A stretch of DNA of 63,706 nt, the filler included, from Reticulomyxa filosa (lineage: Eukaryota > Protista > Foraminifera): the NCBI GenBank assembly GCA_000512085.1. It is 29 parts of 29 records of this genome, joined end to end, with 100 filler letters (N's around TTAATTAATTAA, not from the genome) between each part and the next. Parts side by side here need not be neighbours in the genome. Positions count along the whole stretch, not along the records: positions 13,532 to 15,313 come from ASPP01020653.1; positions 15,414 to 16,825 come from ASPP01043635.1; positions 16,926 to 23,710 come from ASPP01029224.1; positions 23,811 to 25,209 come from ASPP01027652.1; positions 25,310 to 26,588 come from ASPP01015367.1; 24 more parts are not named here. One strand, written 5' to 3'. Of the stretch, positions 13,635-26,112 are shown piece by piece. A program made the position numbers and the translations under genes. Numbering within the stretch: the first letter of the stretch is position 1; each line of letters starts with the position of its first letter. Below the pieces are notes generated by a model, which was given only the letters and a program-made list of their open reading frames with translations, had not been told where the DNA came from and searched no databases.

Positions 13635-14275
13635 GTCTGACCAATTTCAAAAAGTGGATACGAGCGTCGACAGCTTACCAGGTAACTTGGACGCCGTCTG
13701 CTGAACCTTACATCATTGTCAAAAGAGAAAACTTGCACTTGTTAAGTGTTGAACATATAATAATTTCTCTTCTTTTAACTTATGGCACGGATTTCGTTTA
13801 TTGTGTGGTTTGCTTTGTTACAGATATGATCCTAGATTTCGAGGTTTGTGCGCGAGTGTTATTGTGTACTATGTATTGTATTATTTCTTGCTCCATGTAA
13901 CACATATAAATGATATGTTCTTAGGCTATGGGATGAATAAAATCGCACAAATTATGTTCCTTGGAAATGTCATGAAATACCAATTCATAGTTTTGCCAGA
14001 TGTCTTTGTCGTCTCCACTCAACATGAACCCTCTCAAGAGCGTCAATCTTATGAAAAAGTTTACCTTTTCATCCCACAAATCAAAACCTATACAAAACTT
14101 TTTTTTTGGTTTAAAAAAAAAAAAAGAACCACTTTAATCTGCTGGGATTGTTTGAATATAGAAAAAATTTTCGCGCTTATGGATAAAAGCACTGAGCTAC
14201 GTTGCAAAGAAAGAAGTTTGGACAAAACATGACTGTTGCGGGCACATTGCTGCGACAAACAATTTCAGCTATTAA
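13635..14275 (+). CDS. LARGE-like (GT49) glucuronyltransferase C-terminal part; exons 13635-13740, 13824-13843, 13925-14058, 14162-14275
   Basis: Spliced product TNFKKWIRASTAYQVTWTPSAEPYIIVKRENLHLYDPRFRGYGMNKIAQIMFLGNVMKYQFIVLPDVFVVSTQHEPS parallels the LARGE C-domain pattern (TNFAKW..PYRVEW..FEPY..YDRRFVGFGWNKVAHI..EFIVLPNAY..PHAPS). Confidence 0.85.
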
Positions 14276-14958
14276 AATCGTCTTCAATCATCGCTTTTTT
14301 TTTTTAATGGCCTTATTGTGTAATTTATTGAACTGGATTGTTTCACCGTGCTTTGTTTTGTTTTATGAACAATTGTGTCATGGTCCATCACAAACATACG
14401 AGAATGCATTTTAGACTATTATTTATTGCCACGAAATATATACAAAAAAAAAAAATTATTAAGATATAAACAGGGTTAGTATTCCGTACGTTGCATTGAC
14501 CACAAATGACCTACTCATACACATGTATATACACACTACGAAAATAAGATGTTGTGGTTGTCCTATTGTCTTAACAAAACGCTTTCAAATGACTGATTTT
14601 TCTCGTTTTTGGTTGAAAACAAACTAACAAACAGACATAAACACAAAAAAAAAAAAAGTGCATATTCATCAATACTACTGTGACTAAACAAGAAAAGGAA
14701 CGTGAGACAACATTAAATTGAACGAGCACAACCAAATTGGAAAAACAATAAGAAAGCGCTTGTGTATGAACGAGCAAGTTTATTTAATGAACATTGCTTT
14801 GTTTTTTGTTTTTTTTAAAAAAAGGAAAAAAAAAAAAAAAAGAGTCTAGTCCGATTCCAAATATCCGCAATTCCAATAGCAGAACAGGCAATCTAAGTTG
14901 ACTCCCTCCCTTTCTTTCGAGTTCCAAGAACAAAAGAAGAGGGAGGGTTGGGAACGAG

Positions 14959-15230
14959 TCAAGGCTTCTTTTGCGTCTTGAGATGTATTTGGGTTGGACA
15001 CACGTGTTGTGGGCACTGTAAAACGAAGCGAATGCAATCGCAAATATCTTCAATTTGGATCATTTCATCACTCCGCAAGTGGGGCTTATCTTGTCTTTTT
15101 GTGCAAGGAGAAGCATGTTTGAAAGAGCCCGATTTCTTTCTGTTCTGTTCTTCTTCTTCTTCTTCCTCCGACATCATTTTGGTCAGGTTATAAGGAACAC
15201 ATTGTTGAGTTTGGTCTGCCAATAAATCGT
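14959..15230 (-). CDS. Last exon of a probable short-chain dehydrogenase/reductase (DHRS11/YdfG-like tail)
   Basis: MIQIEDICDCIRFVLQCPQHVCPTQIHLKTQ fits the typical SDR tail LxPEDIAxAVxFxLxxPxHVxxxEIxIRP. Confidence 0.5.
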
Positions 15231-15231
15231 C

Positions 15232-15263
<32 letters not shown>

Positions 15264-15439
15264 TATTATTTGCATTGTTACGTTAGCTACTTTTTTTTTT
15301 TTTTTTTTAATGANNNNNNNNNNNNNNNNNNNNNNNNNNNNNNNNNNNNNNNNNNNNTTAATTAATTAANNNNNNNNNNNNNNNNNNNNNNNNNNNNNNN
15401 NNNNNNNNNNNNNTTTTTTTCTTATTATCACATTTTTTC

Positions 15440-16659
15440 TCAATTCTCTTTTTTTTCACATCTTTTTTTCCCATCCCTTATTGACAATTTTTTTCCCTCC
15501 CCATTGTTAAAATAGATAACATACTTTGCATGATCTTTGTCGACTGGCACATATCGTTTAATCTTTTTGCCTGTGTGAAAAACACTCACAAAACTTTTTT
15601 TTTTGAAGGATTGAGAATAAATTAAGAAAAACAAACATAGATGTACATATATATATTTTTTTTCTTTGCGATGGGGAATCACTATGACATCAAGTACACA
15701 CAATCACATTGTATAGCAAAAGATTAATCATAAATAAATAATATATACAAACCTTTTTTATTTTTTCACATGCGGGGTAGAGTTCAACCCCAGTTTGTTT
15801 TGTGTGTGTGTGGTACAGGGGCATAAAATGGAACAATCTTTGGTACAGTGGGGGAATCCCTATTCAAACACACAACAAGTTATTATTTTTTAAAAAGAAA
15901 AAATAAAGCAAACCTTATTTTCTCCTTTCGGAGACGGGGTGGTCTTCTACCCCATATCTTCTTTTTTTTTCATCACAGCTGAACCTATTGTAAACCATAC
16001 ACAAGTCATAATGTCACATTTTTTTATTTATGTATACTTTTAAAAATTTATAACTTATATATAAAAAAAAAGAATAGTTTATACCTGGAAAAAATTGTTG
16101 TGGATTCAAGTCGACAGCGTTTGTGAGATGTCATGGGCAAATAAAATATTTTGTTGGAGGATCGATGCTCGAAATTGTGAAGAGAGGGCAATCAGCCTTT
16201 TCATCTGGCAATTTGAATATGTTGGAGGCTTCGATTGCATTGTCAATGTTGTAAGTAGCGTGGGGGCTCCATCATATATATTCACCAACAATATTTTCCA
16301 GTGTTGAGCTCCCCCCAATTATGAAGCCTTTGTTCTTGATTTTCCTCTCCACCAATTGCTCAACGCTTTACATATCATTTTCAACAAGCGGAGCATATTC
16401 CATTTGTTCGAACAGGTCATAGTCTATGTTATGTTTTAAATACAAAATCAACTTTTTTTTTTAATAAAAAAAAAATAATAGATTTCTTTTTTTTTGTTAC
16501 TAACTGGACATTTGTTTCGCCGACGCCATTGTTACATCGCGAAAGATGATGTCGTTTTTGCTGGTACTCCAACAACCCACAAATTTTTCTTTGGTATTTG
16601 TTTTTGCATACCATGTCCATGTATTTTTATCAACGTATTGACCTTGCCCACTATCAAGC
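15440..16659 (-). pseudogene. Multi-exon gene relic with in-frame stops, family unknown
   Basis: Splice-bounded exon 16423-16085 reads YDLFEQMEYAPLVENDM*SVEQLVERKIKNKGFIIGGSSTLENIVGEYI*WSPH...FICP*HLTNAVDLNPQQFFQ, in phase with the upstream exon. Confidence 0.45.
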
Positions 16660-16925
16660 TATTGTACTGTTTTGTTTATTTAAAATAAGTGCTTTTGTGC
16701 TGGTTCTTTTTTCTATGAAAAGATTGATGGTAGTGATAAAATGAAAAAATAGATGACATTGAGAAAATAAAAAAATTACTATTTTGTTAATTACTAGCGC
16801 CAGCCCAATGATAAATGAATTGAAGNNNNNNNNNNNNNNNNNNNNNNNNNNNNNNNNNNNNNNNNNNNNTTAATTAATTAANNNNNNNNNNNNNNNNNNN
16901 NNNNNNNNNNNNNNNNNNNNNNNNN

Positions 16926-18069
16926 TGTTGATGTTGATGTTGGTGCTGCAGCATGACATTAGGTGTGGCATGTCCCACGTCCATTCGTCGGTGTTTCGGA
17001 TGTGAAGACGTTTTTTGCGTCAACATAGGGTCAAACTCGTCTTCGCTATATTGCGAAGGAGGGGTTGCATCGTTGGCCATCGGTTCAAGCCCTGGCTGTC
17101 CTGAGACGTTCAAATTTGAGCCACTATGATTACTGTTGTTGTTATTGTTTGTATGAGCGCCACTACCAGTAGTAGCATTGAGATTAATATTCGAATCATT
17201 CACCAATACTCCTCCTTGTGATTGTACTCCTTCGCGTTTGCTTTGTGACAAGGTCGACGACGACGACGACGAGAAGATGATGACGACTGTCCGACTTCGC
17301 TTTGAACTCCAAAAGCGTGACTACCACCCCTGGTGCTACTGGTTTTGGAGTGCATGTGAGAAGATGGCATTGGCATGTTCGCATTGAACACTCCATGAGC
17401 ACCGACCACGCGGCCCTGTCCACCTTTCACGGCTGCCATCCCGTGATGCGCTCGCGGCATTGTCCCTGCGGACATCTCCGGTCCGTGCACAAGATGATGT
17501 GGCGTCACCACAGCATGTGGGTCTGCACCTTGCATTGGCAAGTGTGTCATTGCCGTGGTGCGTGATTGCGTAGCGTACATTGCTTGCAAATGAGTGGGAT
17601 GAGTTGGATGATGAGCATGGGGATGAGGATGAGGATGACCATGAGGATGACCATGAGGATGACCATGCGCTTGTGCATATGCGTGACCCATTCCCCCCGC
17701 TGTCGTGGCTTTTACCACTTTAGATGGAATTTTTGCCGGGGGCACATATTCTGGACGGGTCGACACTCCCAATGGATGTGCGTATGGATCAATGTTGCTG
17801 TGAGGACCGTAACCTGATATTCCATCAAATTCGGGCGCGTCTGGACGCAGCTTCGGCTCATTTCTTTTCCCTGCTTTACTCCCTTTTGGCGATCCTATTC
17901 CTCCAGCCAACTTTTTCTTCCCTTCTGTCGCACCTTCTCCTTTGCTGCCTTGATTGCCCTTATTTGGAGTCACACCACTTGCCGCTTCTTTACTTCCGTT
18001 GTTTACGTTGTCGTCTCCAGCCGAGAGTTTCGTATGCTTATGCACCATATCTTTTTCTCCTTTGCTCAT
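16926..18069 (-). CDS. Low-complexity His/Pro/Asn-rich protein with a PAM2-like motif, 3'-truncated (one frameshift near 17270)
   Basis: MSKGEKD... ORF with EPKLRPDAPEF and (HGHP)3-HPHPH. A shift within the TCG repeat joins it to the 16874-17251 ORF. Confidence 0.6.
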
Positions 18070-18531
18070 TTTCTTTTTTTTTTCCTTCCTTGCAATAGAG
18101 CAGAACACAAGAAATAGATTTATATGACAAACTGCAAATATTCCGTATTGAAAAGGATGTAGACTTTTTTTGCCGTTTTAACATTCCATTTTTGCGTCTT
18201 TTTTCTATTTAAAAATGCCTTTATTTTTTCTATATTCCAGCTTTTTCGTCGGAATTTGTTGTTTTATATTTTCTTTTTTTTTATTCTTGACGACACTGGA
18301 CAAAAATTTATAGCATTTGTATGGTTTCTTTAAATTAATAATTCAATTGTGTGAATCGATCTTAGTCATTTTGGACTTATTCGTTATTTGTACCTTCTGT
18401 ACAGTTGTCCTCGTCAGGCGTTTGTTTTAACAGAAAAGGAGCCCTTTTTTTTTTTTTTTTCTTTGAAAGCTTGCTTGTTGTTCATTCGTTAATTGGTGAA
18501 AAAAAATTTATTGTTAATCTAAAAAAAAAAA

Positions 18532-21183
18532 ATGAGTGAAAGTAACGAAAACCCACCCGCGCCAACAACAGAAAATGTAAATGAGGAAAAACCTCAACAA
18601 GAGGAAACGGCAGCGGCTTCGACGAACGAAGAGGTCCACAAAAAAACCAAAACCCAAGAAGAAATGGAAGCAAAAGAGCAGTGGAAGTCGAGCCGCGAAG
18701 CTGAGACATTTCAATTTAACGCGGATATCGCACAACTGATGAGGTATTTTTTAAAAAGAAATTTCTTTACACTAAGAGTTCGCAAAAAAAAAAAAACCGT
18801 ATGTATGTATAACTAAAAAAAGTATAAACGTATAACAAAAAAAAAAACAACACCTACGTATGATAAAAAAAAAATAGTTTAATCATCAATGCCGTTTACT
18901 CGAATAAGGAAATTTTTTTGCGAGAGTTAATATCAAATGCGAGTGATGCGCTTGACAAAATAAGATACGTATCGCTGACGAACCCTGAAGTGTTAGAAAA
19001 AGAAAAAGAACTTAAAATTGAGATTATACCCGATCCCGATGAAAAATTGTTAATAATAAGAGATACCGGGATCGGGATGACGAAAGAAGATCTTGTGAAT
19101 AACCTTGGAACAATTGCCCGAAGTGGCACAAAACAATTTATGGAAGCAATATCTGCAGGCGCAGACATTTCAATGATAGGCCAGTTTGGTGTTGGCTTTT
19201 ATAGCGCCTATTTAGTAAGTGAGCGCGTGGTGGTGAGAAGTAAGCACAACGATGACGAACAACATGTGTGGGAAAGTACAGCAAGCGGCACTTTCAGGGT
19301 TCGTAGTGACAGCGATAACCCGTACCAAATAAAACGGGGAACTGAGATTTATTTATACTTAAAAGATGATTGCGCAAACTTTTGTAAGGAAAAAACTGTA
19401 AAAGAAATTGTCAAAAAACACTCGCAATTTGTGGCTTTCCCGATCAATTTGTTAACAATCAAAGAAGAAGAAAAGGTTAGTATTTTTATCTGTTTTGATA
19501 TACGTACATACGGTGGGGGGGGAAGTGTTGATTGTTTTTTTTGAAGACAAGAAAAAAAAGATGTTTAATCCGGTTTAATTTTAGGAAGTAAACGAAGAGG
19601 ATGACGACGATGATGACGAAGATGACAAAGATAAAGATAAGGACAAAGCGGAAGTGGAAGTCAGTGACGACAAGGATAAAAAAAAAGATAAAGAGAAAAA
19701 AAAAAATTAAGGAAAAGAAAGAAGAGTGGGAACTGCTGAACAAGCAGAAGCCCATTTGGACCAGAAAGCCGGAAGAAGTATCAAAGGAGGAATACACGGC
19801 ATTTTATAAGTCCATCAGCAACGATTGGGAGGAGCATTTGGCAGTGAAACATTTCAGTGTCGAGGGCCAGTTGGAATTCTCCGGATTGTTATTTGTGCCA
19901 AAGAAGGCACCCTTTGATTTGTTTGAACCAACGAAGAAAAAGAATAACATTAAGCTCTTCGTTCGAAGAGTTTTCATTATGGATGATTGCAAAGATCTTT
20001 GCCCTGAATATCTTTCGTTTATTCGTGGAGTGGTGGACAGCGAAGATTTGCCATTGAACCTTAGCAGAGAATCGTTGCAGCAAAATAAGATATTAAAAAT
20101 AATCCAGAAAAACATCGTGAAAAAATGTTTGGAGTTATTTGGCGAAATTGCGGAGAACAAGGCTGACTTCAAGACATTCTACGAACAATTCCACAAGAAC
20201 CTCAAACTTGGAATCCATGAAGATTCGAAAAATAGAAATAAATTGGCCGACCTGCTTCGTTATTATTCGACAAAATCGGGTGAAGAACTTACGTCGCTGA
20301 AAGAGTACGTTGGTAGAATGAAAGAAAATCAAAAACATATCTACTACATCACCGGAGAATCGCGAGCAAATGTGGAAGCGTCGCCGTTTTTGGAGGCATT
20401 GAAGAAAAGAGACCTGGAAGTCCTGTTTTTGGTTGATCCTATTGACGAATACGCAGTCCAGCAATTAAGAGAATATGATGGAAAGAAATTGATGTGCGTG
20501 ACCAAAGAAGGCCTGGATTTGCCTTTGAGCGAAGAAGAAAAAAAAGTTATTTTTAAAAGTATACTTTAAGAACAAAATAAGCGTTTACGTATAAATAACG
20601 GTTTTGTTCTCGTACTCTATAGAAACAAGAAGACGAAAAAGCGACTTATGAATCGCTAACGAAAAAAATGAAAGAAATCTTGGGAGACAAGGTAGAAAAA
20701 GTCATTGTCAGCTACAGAATGGTTGACTCGCCATGCTCATTGGTCACCGGAGAATACGGATGGTCGGCGAATATGGAAAGAATTATGAAGGCTCAAGCAT
20801 TAAGAGACAATTCGATGACGCAATACATGCAGTCGAAGAAGACGATGGAAATCAACCCGAACCATGCGATTATTAGTAACTTGAAAGAAAAATTTGCGGC
20901 GGATCCATCAGACAAGACAATCAAAGATTTAGTGTGGCTGTTATTTGAAACAGCCTTGTTGACCAGTGGATTCAGCTTGGAGGAACCAGTAAAATTTGCT
21001 GGCCGTATCCACAAATTGATTAAGCTGGGCCTCAGCATTTTTGATGAAGATGAGGACGACGAGCCTCAAGAAGACGCCGCGAAAGACGCACCGGAAGAAC
21101 AAGCAGCAGACAAACCTGACGCCGGAGCAGAAAAAGCTGACCTGGAAAAAGAAGATATTTCAGCAATGGAGGAAGTTGACTAA
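18532..21183 (+). CDS. HSP90: Cytosolic heat shock protein 90; exons 18532-18742, 18878-19475, 19585-20545, 20623-21183
   Basis: [49 protein letters not shown] and C-terminal MEEVD. One frameshift in the A11 run at 19696-19706 (probable homopolymer error). Confidence 0.98.
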
Positions 21184-21469
21184 TCGAATCTTTTTTGTTT
21201 TAAAAAGGGGACAAAGAAATTGAAAGTCTTCTTGTCCCGCCGCTTTGTTTTTTTTTAATTTTAAAACTTTATCTTTGAAATTCGCATTTTCCGGCATCAT
21301 TCAGCAAACAATTTTAGAAAACATCATAAATACCCTTTTTTCACCTGAGCTGCTTGTGATATGAGATCAAAAGTAGTCTGGCTACCTTTTTTGTGTTCAG
21401 TCCCAAACAAAGTGGAGATAGAAAAGGGGGAGAGAAGCCAAAAAAAATAAAGTAAAAAAAAAAGTGACC

Positions 21470-23583
21470 ATGGCGCGAAAACAACAAACGGAAATGGAGA
21501 GAATTTTTAAAAAAGTACAAGAAGGCCTGGAAGAATATGATAAAATCTGGGATCGTGTGGAGGAAGCGAGTACGTTGACGCAAAAAGAGAAGCACGAAGG
21601 CGACCTAAAAAAAGAGATAAAGCGATTGCAAAGATATCGAGAGTTTATAAAAACATGGATATCGAACGACAGCAACAAAGATAAAACAGCGTTGCGTAAA
21701 TACAAACGTGATATAGAAATTCGAATGGAGAGTTTCAAGAAATGTGAAAAAGAGACAAAAACAAAGGCGTTTAGTAAAGAGGCATTGGAAAGTGGGGGTA
21801 GTCAATTGAAAAGTAAGAATGACCTGTTATCAGAGAGACAAAAGGAAATAAAAAAATGGATTGAGACAGTGAAGAAAAAATTGTCACAGCAAATGAGCGA
21901 AATGAAACGAAATATCGATGAAATCGAGCGTAAAAAAACAAAAAAAGGAAGCAACAAGACGAAGACCATGTCACTTCCATGCAAAATCGAATTAAGCAGC
22001 ATCAATGGCATACTCATCGATTGACCCAAGTTTTTTATATTTGTGTGTTTTGCTTTCACTCTTATTTGTGAATTTTTTTTTTACCCCTTTTTTTTTTTTT
22101 ATATAATATATATGTACATATATAAATAAATAAAAAAAGGTTTGGGAAAAAGTTAGAAGTCGACAATGCTCTGATAAATCAATTAATGAATTGAAAGAAG
22201 AAATGGATTATTATGTTCAAGATGCTTGGCAAAGTGAAGAGTGGCCCGATAATGAATATTTGTATCATCCTTTTGATATCGACGATAATGATCACACTCA
22301 CTTTCAAGGTTTCCTTTCCCTTTCTTATTTGTTGTTGTTTATTTCCTTGCTTTGCATTGCAGTGGTTGTGTTGTGCATAAGAGTCGAAAGACAAGAGGTC
22401 GAGCTCCAACGTTGCGGGAGATATGGATGAATCAATGAGTGATGAGCATGATGATATCGATGGGTCCGACGTCGAACTGGATTCCGACTTTTCTGACTTT
22501 GAACAGCATGATGACACTACTAACAACAGCACTAACAGCAGTAACAACAATAACAATAGCAACACGAATAGCACCAATCACACACAATACAAATATGACA
22601 AAGACAAAGAAAAAGAAAAAGAAAGAGAAAGAGAAAAGAAAGAGAAAGAGAAAAAGAAAGAGAAAGAGAAAAGGAAAAAGAAAAGGAAAAGGAAAAGGAA
22701 AAAAACAAAAAAAAACAAAAGAACAAAAACAAAGGAGGAGGAAGTGAAGATAAAGACAAAGAAAAGGAAAAAGACAAAGAGAGTGAAAGAGGAAAAGAAG
22801 AGACAAATGAAATAGATAACAAAAATGAAGAGACTGTCCAAACTCAAGACAAATATGCGCCGCAAGAGAATAAAAATAACACGAATGTGCCGAAAAATGA
22901 GGACATGAGCCATAAGAATGCGAACAGTGACGGTGGGAAACGCTTCAATGCTAATGCTGCAAGTACAAACAAAAACCCAGCTGTCGCTTCTAACCCACCA
23001 CACAACTCCAAGAAAACAAAGTCCAATAATGCCAACAATTCAAAACCCGAAAAAAAAGACCAGCCCACCAAAGTATGCGCCATACTGCTCAAATAAAAAT
23101 ACACATCATTATATATATGTAACATGTACGTATATATACAAAACAAAACAAAACAAAAAAATGCATTGGTTGGTCGGACAATAGACTCAACAACGCTCGA
23201 AAAACTCAGGAAAAGTGTCTCCAAGTTTGTCGAGTGTTCAATCAGTTCCTTCGACAATAAGCATTGACTCGACGTCGGCGTTGTCCTCGACGACTCTCGG
23301 CGCGGCCTCGCATCGGCTGTCGTCAGGTGCACAGATAGGTGGCGAGAGCAACACCGTCGGAACAAGTGCCAATCGTATAGCTTCGAGTAACGCTGAGAAG
23401 GACAAGGAAAAAGACAAAGCAAAGAGTACTGCCACGGCCACAAAGTCTGGTGCATCAACGGCGGGTGCTTCGAATCCGGATATGTCACCCGCCAAAGGTG
23501 CCACACAACAGCCACACCTCCAATTCAAACCCAACGAAGTCGACCATTCTTTTTCCTCCAATCATTCGACGAATTCGCTCAAA
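21470..23583 (+). CDS. CNOT3: CCR4-NOT subunit NOT3/NOT5-like protein, 3'-truncated
   Basis: MARKQQTEMERIFKKVQEG..QKEKHEGDLKKEIKRLQRYREFIKTW..RMESFKKCEKETKTKAFSKEAL, then HQWHTHRL and ELKEEMDYYV..NEYLY (Not3 N-domain), then a long low-complexity linker. Frameshifts lie in A runs near 21940 and 22680-22730. Confidence 0.9.
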
Positions 23584-23679
23584 GTAATGTAACCAATTCT
23601 ATCCATTATTAATAACTTTATTTTATTTGTTTATTCATTCAAATGCGTGTGCAACACATGGATTGGCAATATGTGTAAA

Positions 23680-23710
<31 letters not shown>

Positions 23711-23845
23711 NNNNNNNNNNNNNNNNNNNNNNNNNNNNNNNNNNNNNNNNNNNNTTAATTAATTAANNNNNNNNNNNNNNNNNNNNNNNNNNNNNNNNNN
23801 NNNNNNNNNNTAAATGTCGTTTAACAAAACTTAAGATGATTTTTT

Positions 23846-24939
23846 TTAATTATCCAAAAAAAAAATTTTGCCATCATTACTACCATAACTTATATTGTAA
23901 TTGTTGTTGTCAGTTAAAGGCAATAATTTAATACAATGTACACCTTCATTTGTTTTGATTTCTTTTACTTCCTTATTTGTTTTGAGATCACAAAATTTGA
24001 TCGTGTTATCTGCTGAATATGAGCATATAATATACCCATTATGCACGTAAGGTAAATATTCAACAGATGTCACATAATGTTTATGTCCTTCAAATTTTTT
24101 TACTTCTTTTTTCGTTCGTAAATACCACAAACGAATAGTTTTATCAGCTGAACCTGGTACTATAGTTGTTGATCCAAAACAAGTATTCGATCATTAGGAC
24201 GAATATTTAATATCATTATATTGTCTGAATGTCATCTAAAAATTGTACTGTTATCTGTTTCAATATCCCAAACACGACACGTATTATCACCTGATCATGA
24301 ACATAATTTATATCTGTTACTATTTTCATAGTTTTGAAGCTGAATGGGTGAAAAATCAATTTTACATACATACTTTTCATACATATTTATGTATAAATTT
24401 GTTTGTAGTTATATCCAAAATATTAATTGTTTTATCAAATGAAGAAATTGCCAAATATTGTCCATCACAAACGGTGATAACGCAATACAAATAATGAACT
24501 TTTTTCCTAATTGAATTTTCGATTGTTTATTATGTTTGATATCCCAAAAGTGGATATTTTCCGTTGATGAAGATATATCAACCATTCTATTACGACGTAT
24601 TAGATCATAACTTGATAATTTGATACTTGATATTGAATCTTTTTGCTTTTTTTGATTAATAATTTTTTTATATCTTAAATCATATATAAGAATTTTACCA
24701 TATCTTGACCCGGACGTTATATAATAATATTTGCCAAATGACAAATAATCTATTTAATTCACTGCACTTTTATGTCCATGAATATAATAACAGCAATTTA
24801 CATTAAATTTCGAAAAATCTAACATTGGAGATTTTAGTTTATCGCTTTCTTCAACAATTTCCTTCTTTACAATTTCTTTATTTACAATTTCCTTCTTTAC
24901 AATTTCTTTCATATAGATATCATCATCTTGCCTTGTCAT
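23846..24939 (-). pseudogene. WD40-repeat gene with frameshifts and stops
   Basis: Pieces in different frames: GHKSAVN*, YITSGSRYGKILIYDL, ENIHFWDI, SADKTIRLWYL, FEGHKHYVTSVEY..SYSADNTIKFCDL, YGSNDGKIFF. A 15-bp tandem repeat (about 4 copies, KEIVK/N) lies at 24854-24912. Confidence 0.75.
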
Positions 24940-24991
24940 TATGATCTGCTTCTTGGTGAAATGTTGAATAAAAAGATTAAATGAACTTTTT

Positions 24992-25145
24992 TACAGTAGG
25001 ATAAAAAAGAAAGTTGACACCTAAAATGCCACTTTATAGAGATTATTTTGTTTCTCCATGAAAAAACGACATTTAATTAAAATTTTTTAAAAAATATCTA
25101 CGAATCGTGTAGTTTTTAAATATCATTTTGGTTTTTTATTAAGTC
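24992..25145 (+). mobile_element. TA-CAGT MITE copy near a contig edge
   Basis: TACAGTAGGATAAAAAAGAAAGTTGACACCTAAAA...TTTCTCCATGAAAAAACGACATTTAA...AAATATCT..TGTAGTTTTTAAATAT, collinear with 48739-48894. Confidence 0.65.
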
Positions 25146-26112
25146 TTTACAATTTTTCAAAAATTTTAATCTTTCATTTACTTTAAAAAAAATTTTTGTG
25201 GTTGCCTGANNNNNNNNNNNNNNNNNNNNNNNNNNNNNNNNNNNNNNNNNNNNTTAATTAATTAANNNNNNNNNNNNNNNNNNNNNNNNNNNNNNNNNNN
25301 NNNNNNNNNTCAAAGAGTAAAGTGGTTTTTATGTTTATGATATTATAATTTAATTGAAAACGTTTCAAATTTGATTTATTTTTTTTCATCACTTGTCAAT
25401 TTTTTGACTTATAATTTAATAATTACTTATTTTTTTACATAATCTATCTTTACTCAAGAGCTCTGTTAATAATAAACAAAATAGAAAAAAATAAGAAAAA
25501 TAATAATATTAAGTAAATTACTAATGAAAGCAATTACTGCAACACTAGTAATTTCACTATCAAGAATATCGCTACACAAAGAAAAACTACAGTCATACTA
25601 TATGTCCTGTTTTTTGGCTAAAAAAATATACGGCAGGTCCACCTACAACCACTTTATTTCAAAAGGGATCACTCTTTTTGCGAATAATTTGACCACCAGC
25701 CGTTAGCTTACATATGAAAATCCGAACACAATCTATGCTGTAAAACAAATTTTTTTTTGAATCCTTAAGTGTTTAAAGTAAAGTATTTTTTTGTTTACTT
25801 TGGAGTATTTTTTTCACCTTATTTCTTTTTTAATTAATTGAAAATTTTCAATTTAAATTCAATTTTTTAATTTTACCTTTTTAACAATTCTAGGAACAGT
25901 GAGGTTAAGTGAACTTAGCTTCAAAAACCAATTTCAATAAAACGAAAGTATTAACACAATAATCACAAAATGAAGAAAATTAAATACATTCAAATACACT
26001 ATCTGACGCCAAAAGAACGTTTGAAGTACTACATTTGTGTGATTCCAAATGAATTCAAGAATACTGGCAGACCAATTACTAAAAAAAAATCTTTAAATTT
26101 TTTTTTGACGAG

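Noticed and set aside
16085-16423. Stop-codon reassignment or selenocysteine
   Set aside because: TAA (HSP90, TDO), TGA (lectin) and TAG (MFSD5) all terminate genes here, and the stops in this exon are of mixed type.
18070-18531. Heat-shock elements upstream of HSP90
   Set aside because: I could not find a convincing array of inverted nGAAn units.
19696-19706. Programmed frameshifting or pseudogenisation in HSP90 (also NOT3 near 21940, GNAT near 41738, cobB near 51906)
   Set aside because: All shifts lie in homopolymer runs of otherwise conserved genes; sequencing error is the simpler explanation.
22432-23003. Hydrophobic Phe/Leu-rich or YIYI-type ORFs (also 10707-10922, 27475-27867, 31384-31599, 46195-46377)
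   Set aside because: These are translations of microsatellites or antisense low-complexity exons.
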